Below, piece by piece: positions 1 to 10,124 of a DNA stretch of 64,000 nucleotides; within the stretch, counting starts at the first letter, position 1, and each line of letters begins with the position of its first letter. Source of the DNA: an uncultured Gemmatimonadales bacterium. GTDB taxonomy: Bacteria; Gemmatimonadota; Gemmatimonadetes; Gemmatimonadales; GWC2-71-9. The notes beneath the pieces are model-generated. The model did not search any database. It worked only from the letters and a program-made list of their open reading frames with translations, and was not told the origin of the DNA. Where the stretch lies: assembly GCA_963748815.1 (NCBI GenBank), contig CAVVKJ010000008.1, positions 32,001 through 96,000 of the forward strand, in the 5' to 3' direction. A program made the translations under genes and the position numbers.

Positions 1-240
1 GACTGCTTCTGCGGTGCCCCGAGGCGTCGGCTCTCGTCATCCGAAGCTCGCTTTCAGAATGGGCCGGTGCTCTGTCGGCCTAACGAATGGCGCATCAGCT
101 GCGAGGGCGCTCGCGGCAGCCGCCGCGCGACCTCGCAGTCAGTATAAAGCGCGGCGGCTGCCGCCGATAGAGCGCGCCCTCGACAGCTGCATGCGCTGGT
201 TAGGCCGCGGTGCGAGCCCAATCCCTTTGGCTCAGGGTTT

Positions 241-669
241 TCACTCAGCAACCACCGAATACACTCCAGGCGCTCCCAGCCTCAGACACCACCGCACTGT
301 CACTGGTGGCTGGGTATGGGAATTGAGACCATCGATTGTGGCCTCCCATTCGCCATGCCGGAGTTGGAAAGCAGGTGAGTCAAAACGCCACACACCCGTA
401 TTGAGTTCAGTGATCGGCACTGACGCAACGATGACAACCGAATCGGTTGCAGGGTGTGGTTCAGCGAGCCACTGGAGAAATGCCTGGGACACAACGTGCT
501 CGAATCCGCCGGTGTCGATAATCAGTCGATATTGGCCTTCGACGCCCTCAGCGACCCAATGGCCACCGGCCTGAAGCGCGGTGACGGTTGCGGGCACGAC
601 TGGCGCGCCCTGGGCGGCTAGGGAAGGCGCCAGTGCGCCGGCGAGGAGTAGCGATACCAGATAGCGCAT
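241..669 (-). CDS. Cassette: secreted hypothetical protein
   Basis: Fills the inter-attC interval; signal peptide MRYLVSLLLAGALAPSLAA. Confidence 0.8.
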   Translation of the reverse strand: MRYLVSLLLAGALAPSLAAQGAPVVPATVTALQAGGHWVAEGVEGQYRLIIDTGGFEHVVSQAFLQWLAEPHPATDSVVIVASVPITELNTGVWRFDSPAFQLRHGEWEATIDGLNSHTQPPVTVRWCLRLGAPGVYSVVAE

Positions 670-836
670 TGGCACTCGGCATCGAGCATGGGTGACCGTC
701 GGCCTAACGAATGGCGCATCAGCTGCGAGGGCGCTCGCGGCAGCCGCCGCGCGACCTCAAGATCAGTATAAAGCGCGGCGGCTGCCGCAGACTAGAGCGC
801 GCCCTCGTCTGCTGCATGCGCTGGTTAGGCAGCGGC

Positions 837-1358
837 CTATCGGAGCACGAACGACAACGACCAATCCAGCATCCCGGCCAAGATGAGCCCGGCTCCAATC
901 GCTCCATAAAGCAGCCTTACCCCCGTACCCCCGATCGCTGCCCGTGCAGCCACAAGAATGGCATGCGCTTCAAACCACTTGGGTGAAGCAATCGCTAGGT
1001 AGAGGGCGAAGGCCCCAATCAGGATGGTTGCGGATCGGGCGAAGGGCCAACCCCCGCCTATCTCAATCAGTTTGGCGCCCATTCCGAGGACACTCAAAAG
1101 GGCAATCGCCTTGAACTGGCCTCGAGACCATACCGGGGGGACCGTTCGGTCCTTGCTAGTGATCGCGGCGATGGCGTCGATTCCACCGATGATGGCGTAG
1201 GCCATTCCGAGAAGCATCGCAAGCACGTACAAGGTACGCGCGATGGCGGGCCATCCATGAGTCAGCCCGGCATCCACGCCGAAGGCCATGGCGAACGTCG
1301 CAGCAATGAGGGCGATGCAAAGCACCAGGCGCGGGATGGGGCGGGAAATTGCCGTCAA
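837..1358 (-). CDS. Cassette: multi-pass membrane protein
   Basis: About 5 hydrophobic segments; fills the cassette. Confidence 0.75.
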   Translation of the reverse strand: MTAISRPIPRLVLCIALIAATFAMAFGVDAGLTHGWPAIARTLYVLAMLLGMAYAIIGGIDAIAAITSKDRTVPPVWSRGQFKAIALLSVLGMGAKLIEIGGGWPFARSATILIGAFALYLAIASPKWFEAHAILVAARAAIGGTGVRLLYGAIGAGLILAGMLDWSLSFVLR

Positions 1359-1671
1359 GCCTCAGTGATGTGAAAAGTCGCTGCCTAACGAATTGGCGCA
1401 TCAGCTGCGAGGGCGCTCGCGGCAGCCGCCGCGCGACCTCAAGATCAGTATAAAGCGCGGCGGCTGCCGCTGATAGAGCGCGCCCTCGCCAGCTGCATGC
1501 GCTGGTTAGGCGGCGCGTTGAATCATCTGCCTAGGTGAGAAGCCGGCAAGACCCTGACTTCAGATCTCTCACGAGTGTAGACCCCGGTCGATCGAGTCTG
1601 GTCCCGTACGCAGGGTGGCCCAGGCCCGGGGGATTCCGCGCAGATCACGAGCAAGCATCGGGTGCTTGACT

Positions 1672-2937
1672 TCATTGCACCGTAAAGACCCACGCAGCCC
1701 CGGCGTACGAATCGTCCGCAACCCCTCCGAGGATAGTGGTACCGCCATCGGCGGAGATAGAAGTGGAAAAGCCTTGGAATGTGCTCCCCACGCCACCACT
1801 GCCGACCAGCTTGGTGCCGAGTGGGGTCCAGATGCCCCCGCTTCGGGTCCAGACCCACGCAGCCCCAGCGAGGCTATTGTCATGGGGCCCGCCGACTGCG
1901 GCGGTGTTTCCATCGCCGGAGAGGGAGACTGAGGTTCCTTGCTCGGCGCTTCCCACGGCTCCGGCGCCAACCAGCTTGGCACCCTGCTGGGTCCAGACAC
2001 CACCGCTTCTGGCCCAGACCCACGCGGCCCCGGTATTCGCGTTGTCTCGAAACCCTCCTACGATGGCAGTGTTGCCGTCGGCGGAGAGGGACACGGCGTT
2101 ACCCTGGAAGGCAATTCCCGCAGCATCATTCCCGACGAGCTTGGGACCCTGCTGGGTCCAGACCCCACCGCTTCTGGTCCAGACCCACGCGGCCCCGGCC
2201 GAGGCGTTATCTGCATGGCCGCCGACAATTGCGGTGTTGCCATCGGCGGAGAGGGACGAGGCGCCCCCTTGGTAGGCCTGCCCCACGGCGCCGCTGCCAA
2301 CCAGTTTGGGGCCCTGCTGGGTCCAAACTCCCCCGTTTCGGGTCCAGACCCAGGTGGCCCCCGTGTGGCTATCGTCAAAGGGTCCACTGATCAGCGCGGT
2401 GTTGCCGTCTGCGGATAGGGAAACGGAACCCCCCTGCAATGACTGCCCCACGCTGGCGGTGCCGACCAGCCTAGCCCCCTGTTGGGTCCAAGTGTCACCG
2501 CTCCTGATCCAGACCCATGCGGCCCCAACGTAGCCACTATCGGCAGCGCCACCGATGAGCGCGGTATTGCCGTCGGCGGAGAGGGACACGGCCGCCCCCT
2601 GTTCTGCGCTCCCCACGGCGCCGCTGCCGACCAATTTGGGACCCCGCTGCGACCAGACGCCCCCGCTTCTGGTCCAGATCCACGCTGCCCCGGCGTGGCC
2701 ATCGTCCTCGGGCGCCCCGACGAGGGCCGTGTTGCCATCGGCGGAGAGGGAGACGGCATGGCCCTGGAGGGCGCTTCCCACAGCACCCGTGCCGACCAGC
2801 TTCAGCCCCTGTTGCGTGAATACAGGCGGGTCCGCCATTGGCGCCGTGCTATCGCTACAAGCGGAGATCAAGACTAGGGCGGTGTAGTGAATGGCACCGG
2901 AAAGCAGCGGGGTCCGAGAGCGGAATGAAACTTCCAT
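1672..2937 (-). CDS. Cassette: FG-GAP-like repeat beta-propeller lipoprotein
   Basis: Lipobox-like LISAC; about 7 repeats of QQGxKLVGxGAVGxAxQGxxVSLSADGNTAxxGGxxDxxxxGAAWVWTRSGGVW. Confidence 0.85.
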   Translation of the reverse strand: MEVSFRSRTPLLSGAIHYTALVLISACSDSTAPMADPPVFTQQGLKLVGTGAVGSALQGHAVSLSADGNTALVGAPEDDGHAGAAWIWTRSGGVWSQRGPKLVGSGAVGSAEQGAAVSLSADGNTALIGGAADSGYVGAAWVWIRSGDTWTQQGARLVGTASVGQSLQGGSVSLSADGNTALISGPFDDSHTGATWVWTRNGGVWTQQGPKLVGSGAVGQAYQGGASSLSADGNTAIVGGHADNASAGAAWVWTRSGGVWTQQGPKLVGNDAAGIAFQGNAVSLSADGNTAIVGGFRDNANTGAAWVWARSGGVWTQQGAKLVGAGAVGSAEQGTSVSLSGDGNTAAVGGPHDNSLAGAAWVWTRSGGIWTPLGTKLVGSGGVGSTFQGFSTSISADGGTTILGGVADDSYAGAAWVFTVQ

Positions 2938-3158
2938 TGCATCCCCCTAGGCATCAAGGAGCAAGTCTACTGACGCGACAGCGAATCGGAGTCAGCAGAG
3001 TCCCGTTTGGGTAAACCGCGTCCGCCTAACGAATTGGCGCATCAGCTGCGAGGGCGCTCGCGGCAGCCGCCGCGCGACCTCGCTCGCAGTATAAAGCGCG
3101 GCGGCTGCCGCAGCTAGAGCGCGCCCTCGTCAGCTGCATGCGCTGGTTAGGCAGCACG

Positions 3159-3776
3159 TCACAACTTTGGGAGCAAAGCGACCAGAAGAGCAACGTGTTT
3201 TGTGGAGACATCTCGAGCGCGCTCGACAAGCTCTCGAACGCCGATCCGTTTGCTCTTAAGCTCTAAAGTGAGGCGCTGAGGAGGGCCATTCGCCTTGAGG
3301 GTAAAATGCCTAGTTAACCGTGAATGTGTTAGCCAATTCCTGGCATTCCGGACTAGCTGGTAGTCAGCGTCAGAAAACACGCTTTCACACCATTGCAAGC
3401 CCGCTGGCGGAAGGGCCGCGCGCAATCTCACGTTCTTGGGGCACTCCTCTTTGCGCTTGAAATCGCCTAGGTCGAGTTCTTGGCCACTATTGTGACCGCA
3501 AAGGGCCCGTCCGAGGCCCGCACCACACAGATCTAAAGCAGTAACGCAGGTACCTGTTGCCCAACGAGCATGAGCGACGTCGACCACGTCGGGGACGTGG
3601 CCGCCAGCAACAGCGTTTGAAACATCGTATGCGCGATCAAGGTCATCGAGGTAGTGAAGGCTTCTGACGCAAGACATGGCCCACATCAAGAGCGCGCCGG
3701 CATCTGGGTGCGCATGACGGGTCTCGAAGGAACTAACAGCTTCGTGGGCCTTATCGGGCCAGGTCCATTGGGGCAT
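3159..3776 (-). CDS. Cassette: putative HEPN-domain protein
   Basis: Cytoplasmic, apparently helical protein with an RNWLTH (RN-x3-H) motif near the C-terminus. Confidence 0.6.
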   Translation of the reverse strand: MPQWTWPDKAHEAVSSFETRHAHPDAGALLMWAMSCVRSLHYLDDLDRAYDVSNAVAGGHVPDVVDVAHARWATGTCVTALDLCGAGLGRALCGHNSGQELDLGDFKRKEECPKNVRLRAALPPAGLQWCESVFSDADYQLVRNARNWLTHSRLTRHFTLKANGPPQRLTLELKSKRIGVRELVERARDVSTKHVALLVALLPKL

Positions 3777-3941
3777 TGGGTCCTAGTCGGACGTCTGTAA
3801 GCACCCGCTCGTCGTGCTGCCTAACGAATTGGCGCATCAGCTGCGAGGGCGCTCGCGGCAGCCGCCGCGCAGCCTCGCAGTCAGTATAAAGCGCGGCGGC
3901 TGCCGCAGATAGAGCGCGCCCTCGACAGCTGCATGCGCTGG

Positions 3942-4429
3942 TTAGACGCGGCAGCTGTAAATCTTCAGGCGGTAGGCCAGACGTCCACCAGAACCAGCCA
4001 GCACATCCCGAACGTGACAACATCGCTGCACGCTCGATGGCGGCAGGTCGCTCAGGGAACGATCGAACGCAGTAGCGACCGATTGCCAAGGAGGAGCGCG
4101 CACGATGCCGAGTATAGGAGAGCACGCATAAAACGCAGGACCAGACCAGCCCCATGCCAACGGCAGTAGCAGTCGCCCGCCAAGTCGATCACTCCATCGG
4201 CCCTCCGGGTTGCACCGATTGGCTGCCCGCAACCCGACGACGAGTGATCGGCATTGAGGCCCCGGCCATCGTTGCGACACCGCTCAAGTGCGAGCGGATC
4301 GACCTGTCGCGGGACGACCAGCGCTAAGGTCCACGAGACAGGGAGATGTCGATAGCATACGCGGGACGCTCGCGCAGGACGGTGCGTCGCGCATTGGCGC
4401 TTGAGGTTATCGATATGCCAGACATACAT
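3942..4429 (-). pseudogene. Cassette: frameshifted or degraded hypothetical gene
   Basis: ATG at 4429 (MYVWHIDNLKRQ), but no single frame spans the cassette; another frame ends at the TAA in R'' (3942). Confidence 0.5.
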
Positions 4430-4595
4430 CGGAACTCCGGAGCGCTGTCCGTCTAACGAATGGCGCATCAGCTGCGAGGGCGCTCGCGGCAGCCGCCGCG
4501 CATCCTCGCAGTCAGTATAAAGCGCGGCGGCTGCCGCAGATAGAGCGCGCCCTTGTCAGCTGCATGCGCTGGTTAGACCGCTCCTACCAATAGAT

Positions 4596-5231
4596 CTAGA
4601 CAGTATGGCAGTGAATCTGGCCAAAACTATAGTCCACGTGGAGATAGCGGTTCCCGGAAAGATAGACGCCAACATTAAAGTCCTGGAGTTGCCAACGGAC
4701 ATTGTCCGTGATGGTCAGGTCGTCGCTCTGCGGGCACAATAGACCTTCTCCATACTTCTGCTCCATTCCGTGCGCCACCGCGTCGTATTCACTTCTTGGG
4801 TCTGCAGGTGTCCACGCTCGGTCCACGCTCGCCACAAAACCCTGCCAATCCAGCAGCATTGATACCGAGCCGTCCTCGGTGGACGAATAGCACATGAGGA
4901 AGGGGCGCTCCTCTCCCGGAAGTAGGAGTCCAGCCGTCACATTGGAACTCCACTGCCGGCAACGCAGCTTCGCCACGGCTGCCAGCATCGAATCTGCGAT
5001 GCGTGCGAGAGGTCCTGCTGACGCAGGCAGTTCGTTGCACAGCGCGAGCCTTCTCCAGCCGCACGAAAGATAAAGCGTCCGCTCTCGGGTGCCCCAGTCC
5101 GAGCGGAGGTCGCTTGTCCAGTCCGTGAGGGCGTGCCACGGACCAGCATCCGAGTAGGGACCCGGGGCGAGAACGATCACAGCTAGGAGGAGGACTCCGA
5201 GGAGGAGGATGCGACGAATGCGTCGAGACAT
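4596..5231 (-). CDS. Cassette: secreted or membrane-anchored hypothetical protein
   Basis: Basic N-terminus followed by a hydrophobic stretch; several Cys. Confidence 0.75.
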   Translation of the reverse strand: MSRRIRRILLLGVLLLAVIVLAPGPYSDAGPWHALTDWTSDLRSDWGTRERTLYLSCGWRRLALCNELPASAGPLARIADSMLAAVAKLRCRQWSSNVTAGLLLPGEERPFLMCYSSTEDGSVSMLLDWQGFVASVDRAWTPADPRSEYDAVAHGMEQKYGEGLLCPQSDDLTITDNVRWQLQDFNVGVYLSGNRYLHVDYSFGQIHCHTV

Positions 5232-5484
5232 GCAGGCCCCTCGGATCGGCTGGCGATGGGAAGCGTCTCAGGGTCATGTTCGCGCGGAGACGATCTCGGG
5301 CGACTTCCCGTCCGGAAGCGGAGCGGTCTAACGAATGGCGCATCAGCTGCGAGGGCGCTCGCGGCAGCCGCCGCGCGACCTCGCTAACAGTATGAAGCGC
5401 GGCGGCTGCCGCAGATAGAGCGCGCCCTCGACTGCTGCATGCGCTGGTTAGGCCTCAGCTGGCGACGGAGCTGTGACGCACGAC

Positions 5485-5907
5485 CTACCAGGGAAGAATC
5501 GCCCAGCCCGCCTTCGTTGTGTCACGGGGGATGAACATTAGGTACCCCCCGTCGAGACCAACGTTTTGCGCCTGCACGCTGATGTACTTCCCCTGCTTCG
5601 TCCTTGAAAACCACTTGATGCACGACTGACCGGGCATCTTTGTCTCTTGCTCCCAGTCTCGGATCATGACCTCGAAGTTTGCGATCTCGGCGCTGTCAGC
5701 CGTCGGAACCTGCTGCGGGGCGACGCACGGAGAGGCATCGACGGACCCGGAGATGAGGTTGATTCCGATATTCACGGTATCCGAATGATCGGCATCAACA
5801 TATCGCGAAACACGCATGCCAGGATGTGCACAGCCTGCCAAGACAAGGACAGCCAAGACGCGCCATCGAGCGCCCCGCCAAGATTCCTCACAGGGCCATG
5901 CTGGCAC
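5485..5907 (-). CDS. Cassette: hypothetical lipoprotein, copy A
   Basis: LAGC lipobox; near-identical to 9711-10124. Start is uncertain because of a 1-nt indel near 5890. Confidence 0.7.
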   Translation of the reverse strand: MPAWPCEESWRGARWRVLAVLVLAGCAHPGMRVSRYVDADHSDTVNIGINLISGSVDASPCVAPQQVPTADSAEIANFEVMIRDWEQETKMPGQSCIKWFSRTKQGKYISVQAQNVGLDGGYLMFIPRDTTKAGWAILPW

Positions 5908-6114
5908 TCTCCCGGCCCGCGCTCCGACTGCGAAGGCTGTAGGCCTAACGAATTGGCGCATCAGCTGCGAGGGCGCTCGCGGCAGCCGCCGCGGAGCCTC
6001 GCAGTCAGTATAAGGCGCGGCGGCTGCCGCAGATAGCGCGCGCCCTCGTCAGCTGCATGCGCTGGTTAGGCGGCCGGTGACCACAGTGCCCCGATTTCGA
6101 CGAGGTTCTACCAC

Positions 6115-6543
6115 CTACTTGATCTCCATGGGCCTACCAGATCTGTAGAGAATGGCGCCTGCCACTCCCCCGGTGACCAAAGCCAACAGCATGGACCCGG
6201 CTACAAGATTGAAAGCGGTCAGCTTCCCCGCTGAGCCCAATTTTGGCGCCAATATGGCGGCGCAAAACGGAAGTGCAGCTGCCACGCCTGTCAGGCAACT
6301 CGCCAGTCTGGATGCCACCCATCTGTTCAGGAGACCAGCGGCGGTGCCGGCGAGAACACCCCCGGCGAGGGACGTGAGAACGACGACCTGAAGCGGGAGG
6401 CCATACTCCTGGCGGATCGCCTCCTCGCCGCCGAGTTTGGCCATCAACAAGGCCAAGAGTGCCTGCAGGAGACCCCAACCCGACAGGACTACGAACCAGA
6501 AGCGAAAGCCGCGGCGCTGAGGATTCCACGCAAAGTGGGGCAC
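6115..6543 (-). CDS. Cassette: 4-TM membrane protein
   Basis: Four hydrophobic segments. Confidence 0.75.
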   Translation of the reverse strand: MPHFAWNPQRRGFRFWFVVLSGWGLLQALLALLMAKLGGEEAIRQEYGLPLQVVVLTSLAGGVLAGTAAGLLNRWVASRLASCLTGVAAALPFCAAILAPKLGSAGKLTAFNLVAGSMLLALVTGGVAGAILYRSGRPMEIK

Positions 6544-6787
6544 GGCGCTCGCTTTCTTTCGGGCCTAGGCTCTCTCCTCGGCATCATTGCCGCGCTCTAG
6601 GCGATCACACCGCATCCGGAATACGGGAAAGAACCGGTCCGCCTAACGAATGGCGCATCAGCTGCGAGGGCGCTCGCGGCAGCCGCCGCGCGACCTCGCC
6701 AACAGTATAAGGCGCGGCGGCTGCCGCAGATAGAGCGCGCCCTCGTCTGCTGCATGCGCTGGTTAGGCGGCTGTGAGAGGCCATGTC

Positions 6788-7441
6788 CTATTCGTAGGGG
6801 CCCAATTCCAATCCGCCCAGCTTCAGCATGAGGAGCCCGAACTGTCGATAGGCGGCGTTCTTCCCACTATCACTCGGCTCCCAGACCTCTAAGATCTTGC
6901 GTTGTGCGCCTCGGCGTCCTTCCATGACCCACTCCGTACCGTCCACGCCACCGACCTTGGTATCCAGTGGGCGGGTCCAAAACTGTGCACCCTCGGCCAT
7001 GCGCTCGACTTCGACCCACGCTTCCCTCCCCACCATCGTATCACGTGAGGTGGCCAAGCCCTCCGGTGAGTATCCTCCTGGCCCCACTGACACTTTCACG
7101 ACGATGTGGACGCTATCGCGCTGCAAATCAAGACGCACCGCTTTGGCCGGCCGAAAAGTCGGGAGTATCAGGAACCGGTAGGCAGTATCGGCCACAGAAG
7201 AGTCCCCTATCCGAGGCTCTTGCATCGCCCGAAGGAACTCTGAGTACCAACACTCGGTAAATCTGCCCAACCCATAGCCCGCCAACCTCGACGAGTCGGG
7301 ACGCCAGGCTGAAGAGCTGTCCCAGCCTTCGCAATAAGTGCTGAGGGAAGCGATGTGAACGACCGGGGCGGCCGCCACTGACCGAGACTCTGGCGAGTGG
7401 CATGCGGCACAAAGGAGGAGTGCGGATGCGATGGATCTCAG
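6788..7441 (-). CDS. Cassette: hypothetical lipoprotein (start uncertain)
   Basis: LLLCAAC signal; GGAGG precedes a CTG at 7441; the frame fills the cassette. Confidence 0.7.
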   Translation of the reverse strand: MRSIASALLLCAACHSPESRSVAAAPVVHIASLSTYCEGWDSSSAWRPDSSRLAGYGLGRFTECWYSEFLRAMQEPRIGDSSVADTAYRFLILPTFRPAKAVRLDLQRDSVHIVVKVSVGPGGYSPEGLATSRDTMVGREAWVEVERMAEGAQFWTRPLDTKVGGVDGTEWVMEGRRGAQRKILEVWEPSDSGKNAAYRQFGLLMLKLGGLELGPYE

Positions 7442-7597
7442 ATGGTACCTCCCATCACAGCCGCCTAACGAATGGCGCATCAGCTGCGAGGGCGCTCGCG
7501 GCAGCCGCCGCGCGACCTCCCAGTCAGTATAAAGCGCGGCGGCTGCCGCAGATAGAGCGCGCCCTCGACTGCTGCATGCGCTGGTTAGGCGGCTGGT

Positions 7598-8063
7598 TCA
7601 CTGAGGAAGCGGCTTCCCATGACCTAACAGGGCTCGAACCGCCTCGCCCTGACCTGACTCAAATATCGCGGAGCACCAACCGATTGGAATGCTGTCGGCG
7701 TCGTCGGGCACCAGGAGCAAATAGGTCTTGCCTGTAAGGAGGGTTCGATCGCAGGAATCGCCCGGCGTGTGATTGGCGTCATACACAACAATTGTGGCTC
7801 GCGGCGCCCCCTTCCAGACTCGGCTGACGAGCATGACGGCATGGTCGAAGCCTGAAAACGTATGGACCCTGCCCAAACACGATTGCCTCGCCAGAGAGTA
7901 GGTAATGCGCGACGATGGTGCCTTCCACGATCAACCCGGCCGAGTCAATAAGCGCCTGAGGCGGTAGGCGGCGGTCACAAACACAGCGCCCGCCATCGGC
8001 GCATTCGGCGGACGGCGAAGCGCCGGCGAGCAAGAGTGGGATGAGCAGGAGTGTGTGCTTCAT
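7598..8063 (-). pseudogene. Cassette: secreted TIMP/NTR-like protein, frameshifted near 7880
   Basis: Signal peptide, CVC and IVEGTIV in one frame; VSRVWKG, DSCD, GKTYLL and GWCS in the next frame. Confidence 0.55.
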
Positions 8064-8199
8064 GTTGTGCCAGTGCCGCCTAACGTACTGCGCATCAGCT
8101 GCGAGGGCGCTCGCGGCAGCCGCCGCGCGACCTCGCCAGTAGTATCAGGCGCGGCGGCTGCCGCCGCAAGAGCGCGCCCTCGACAGCTGCATGCGCTGG

Positions 8200-8544
8200 T
8201 TAGGCGGTACCTGTTGGCAACCCCTTGGGTCGGAGCCGCCGTTCATTCACCAGAAATGCGATATTGACGAGCGACATCACGGTGATCCCGGTGGATACAC
8301 TAACGGGGATCAGATTGAGCATGGCGAGACCGCAGAAGATGTCGGCCAGTGTCGGAAAAAGCATCCTCGTGGCGGGTACCGAGCCGCGGAGGAGAAACAT
8401 GGCAATGCCACAGAGCAATACGACCGCGCCCAAGAACATCGTGGCCTCCGTGGCACGCCCGCTCGTATAGAGGTATCGCGCCAGCAGCAACGGCACGGCC
8501 AGTAGAACGACAAGAAGCGCGAGTCGACCGGCAGTGGATCTCAT
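8200..8544 (-). CDS. Cassette gene: small membrane protein
   Basis: Hydrophobic; GGAG RBS; stop codon lies in the attC R''. Confidence 0.75.
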   Translation of the reverse strand: MRSTAGRLALLVVLLAVPLLLARYLYTSGRATEATMFLGAVVLLCGIAMFLLRGSVPATRMLFPTLADIFCGLAMLNLIPVSVSTGITVMSLVNIAFLVNERRLRPKGLPTGTA

Positions 8545-8600
8545 GGACGTCTCCCCATACGAGGGTAGGCCTGCGCGAGCAACCCTTTGCGCGGCCCCGA

Positions 8601-8819
8601 CTACAGCACTTCCCTAGCCCCTGAGCCCTTCTTCGTACGAGCAGTGAGCCATCCCGCAATTGCGAGCGCCAACAATCCTTGTCCGATAACCGCGTAGATC
8701 CGCGTTGCGCTGGCCTCAGGATGGCTATCGGGTGTGATCAGCCAGTAGACCGCCTGGGCCGCCATCATCAACAGCATGCCGACCAGTACTCCAGACTTGA
8801 AACCATTCCGAGTCTGCAT
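8601..8819 (-). CDS. Cassette gene: 2-TM small membrane protein
   Basis: AAGGAG RBS; two hydrophobic helices; same cassette as 8200-8544. Confidence 0.7.
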   Translation of the reverse strand: MQTRNGFKSGVLVGMLLMMAAQAVYWLITPDSHPEASATRIYAVIGQGLLALAIAGWLTARTKKGSGAREVL

Positions 8820-8974
8820 GACGCTCTCCTTGGTATCCGCCTAACGAATGGCGCATCAGCTGCGAGGGCGCTCGCGGCAGCCGCCGCGCGACCTCGCAGT
8901 CAGTATAAAGCGCGGCGGCTGCCGCAGATAGAGCGCGCCCTCGACAGCTGCATGCGCTGGTTAGGCTGGCACCC

Positions 8975-9529
8975 TCAGCGGAGGTCGAAAGTGGGGCCGT
9001 TCACTTCGACTCCATCGGCAAGCACAATGAGCTGAAGTTGTCCATCCGGTTTCCTGAGAAGACGACCTCCCATGCTGTGGTACTCCCAGTACTGCTTCCG
9101 AACAACGCGGATACCTGGCAGTACTTGCCACTCTTGACGGACAAGTGTGCCGTAGTCTGTGGTGGCTCCCCCATTTGTCCGATAGACCCGGAGCACGCTC
9201 GAGGCGAGCGCGATGGAGTCAGTTGGGAGCAATCCCTCGTCGCGCTCATTGGGGAACAGGCCTATTCCTGTTGGAATCGCGATCGATGACATAAACAGCC
9301 CATAGAGGGCCAGTGGCAGTATCACAACCAGTGTGCCCCAGCGCAGGAGCGGAGGCCGAAGTCGCCAAGCTAGTAGCCAAGCACAGGCCGGCAACAGGAA
9401 CGCCAATCCGAGCGTGAGGTGATTCGCCCACGGAGCGCTCAGGCGGAGAAATGGGTTCCGCCAATTCAGGTAGAAAGCTGCATACACGAGCAGAACAGCG
9501 ATGAGTGCTCGGAGTCTTGGCACTTCCAC
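8975..9529 (-). CDS. Cassette: membrane protein (3 TM plus soluble domain)
   Basis: Hydrophobic N-terminal half; contains YRTNGGATTDYG. Confidence 0.75.
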   Translation of the reverse strand: MEVPRLRALIAVLLVYAAFYLNWRNPFLRLSAPWANHLTLGLAFLLPACAWLLAWRLRPPLLRWGTLVVILPLALYGLFMSSIAIPTGIGLFPNERDEGLLPTDSIALASSVLRVYRTNGGATTDYGTLVRQEWQVLPGIRVVRKQYWEYHSMGGRLLRKPDGQLQLIVLADGVEVNGPTFDLR

Positions 9530-9710
9530 AAGGACCTTGGTGAGGGTGTCCAGCTAACGAATGGCGCATCAGCTGCGAGGGCGCTCGCGGCAGCCGCCGC
9601 GCAGCCTCGTATTTAGTATAAAGCGCGGCGGCTGCCGCAGATAGAGCGCGCCCTCGACTGCTGCATGCGCTGGTTAGGCCTCAGCTGGCGACGGAGCTGT
9701 GACGCACGAC

Positions 9711-10124
9711 CTACCAGGGAAGAATCGCCCAGCCCGCCTTCGTTGTGTCACGGGGGATGAACATTAGGTACCCCCCGTCGAGACCAACGTTTTGCGCCTG
9801 CACGCTGATGTACTTCCCCTGCTTCGTCCTTGAAAACCACTTGATGCACGACTGACCGGGCATCTTTGTCTCTTGCTCCCAGTCTCGGATCATGACCTCG
9901 AAGTTTGCGATCTCGGCGCTGTCAGCCGTCGGAACCTGCTGCGGGGCGACGCACGGAGAGGCATCGACGGACCCGGAGATGAGGTTGATTCCGATATTCA
10001 CGGTATCCGAATGATCGGCATCAACATATCGCGAAACACGCATGCCAGGATGTGCACAGCCTGCCAAGACAAGGACAGCCAAGACGCGCCATCGAGCGCC
10101 CCGCCAAGATTCCTCCAGGGCCAT
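9711..10124 (-). CDS. Cassette: hypothetical lipoprotein, copy B
   Basis: Duplicate of the cassette at 5454-5942. Confidence 0.75.
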   Translation of the reverse strand: MALEESWRGARWRVLAVLVLAGCAHPGMRVSRYVDADHSDTVNIGINLISGSVDASPCVAPQQVPTADSAEIANFEVMIRDWEQETKMPGQSCIKWFSRTKQGKYISVQAQNVGLDGGYLMFIPRDTTKAGWAILPW

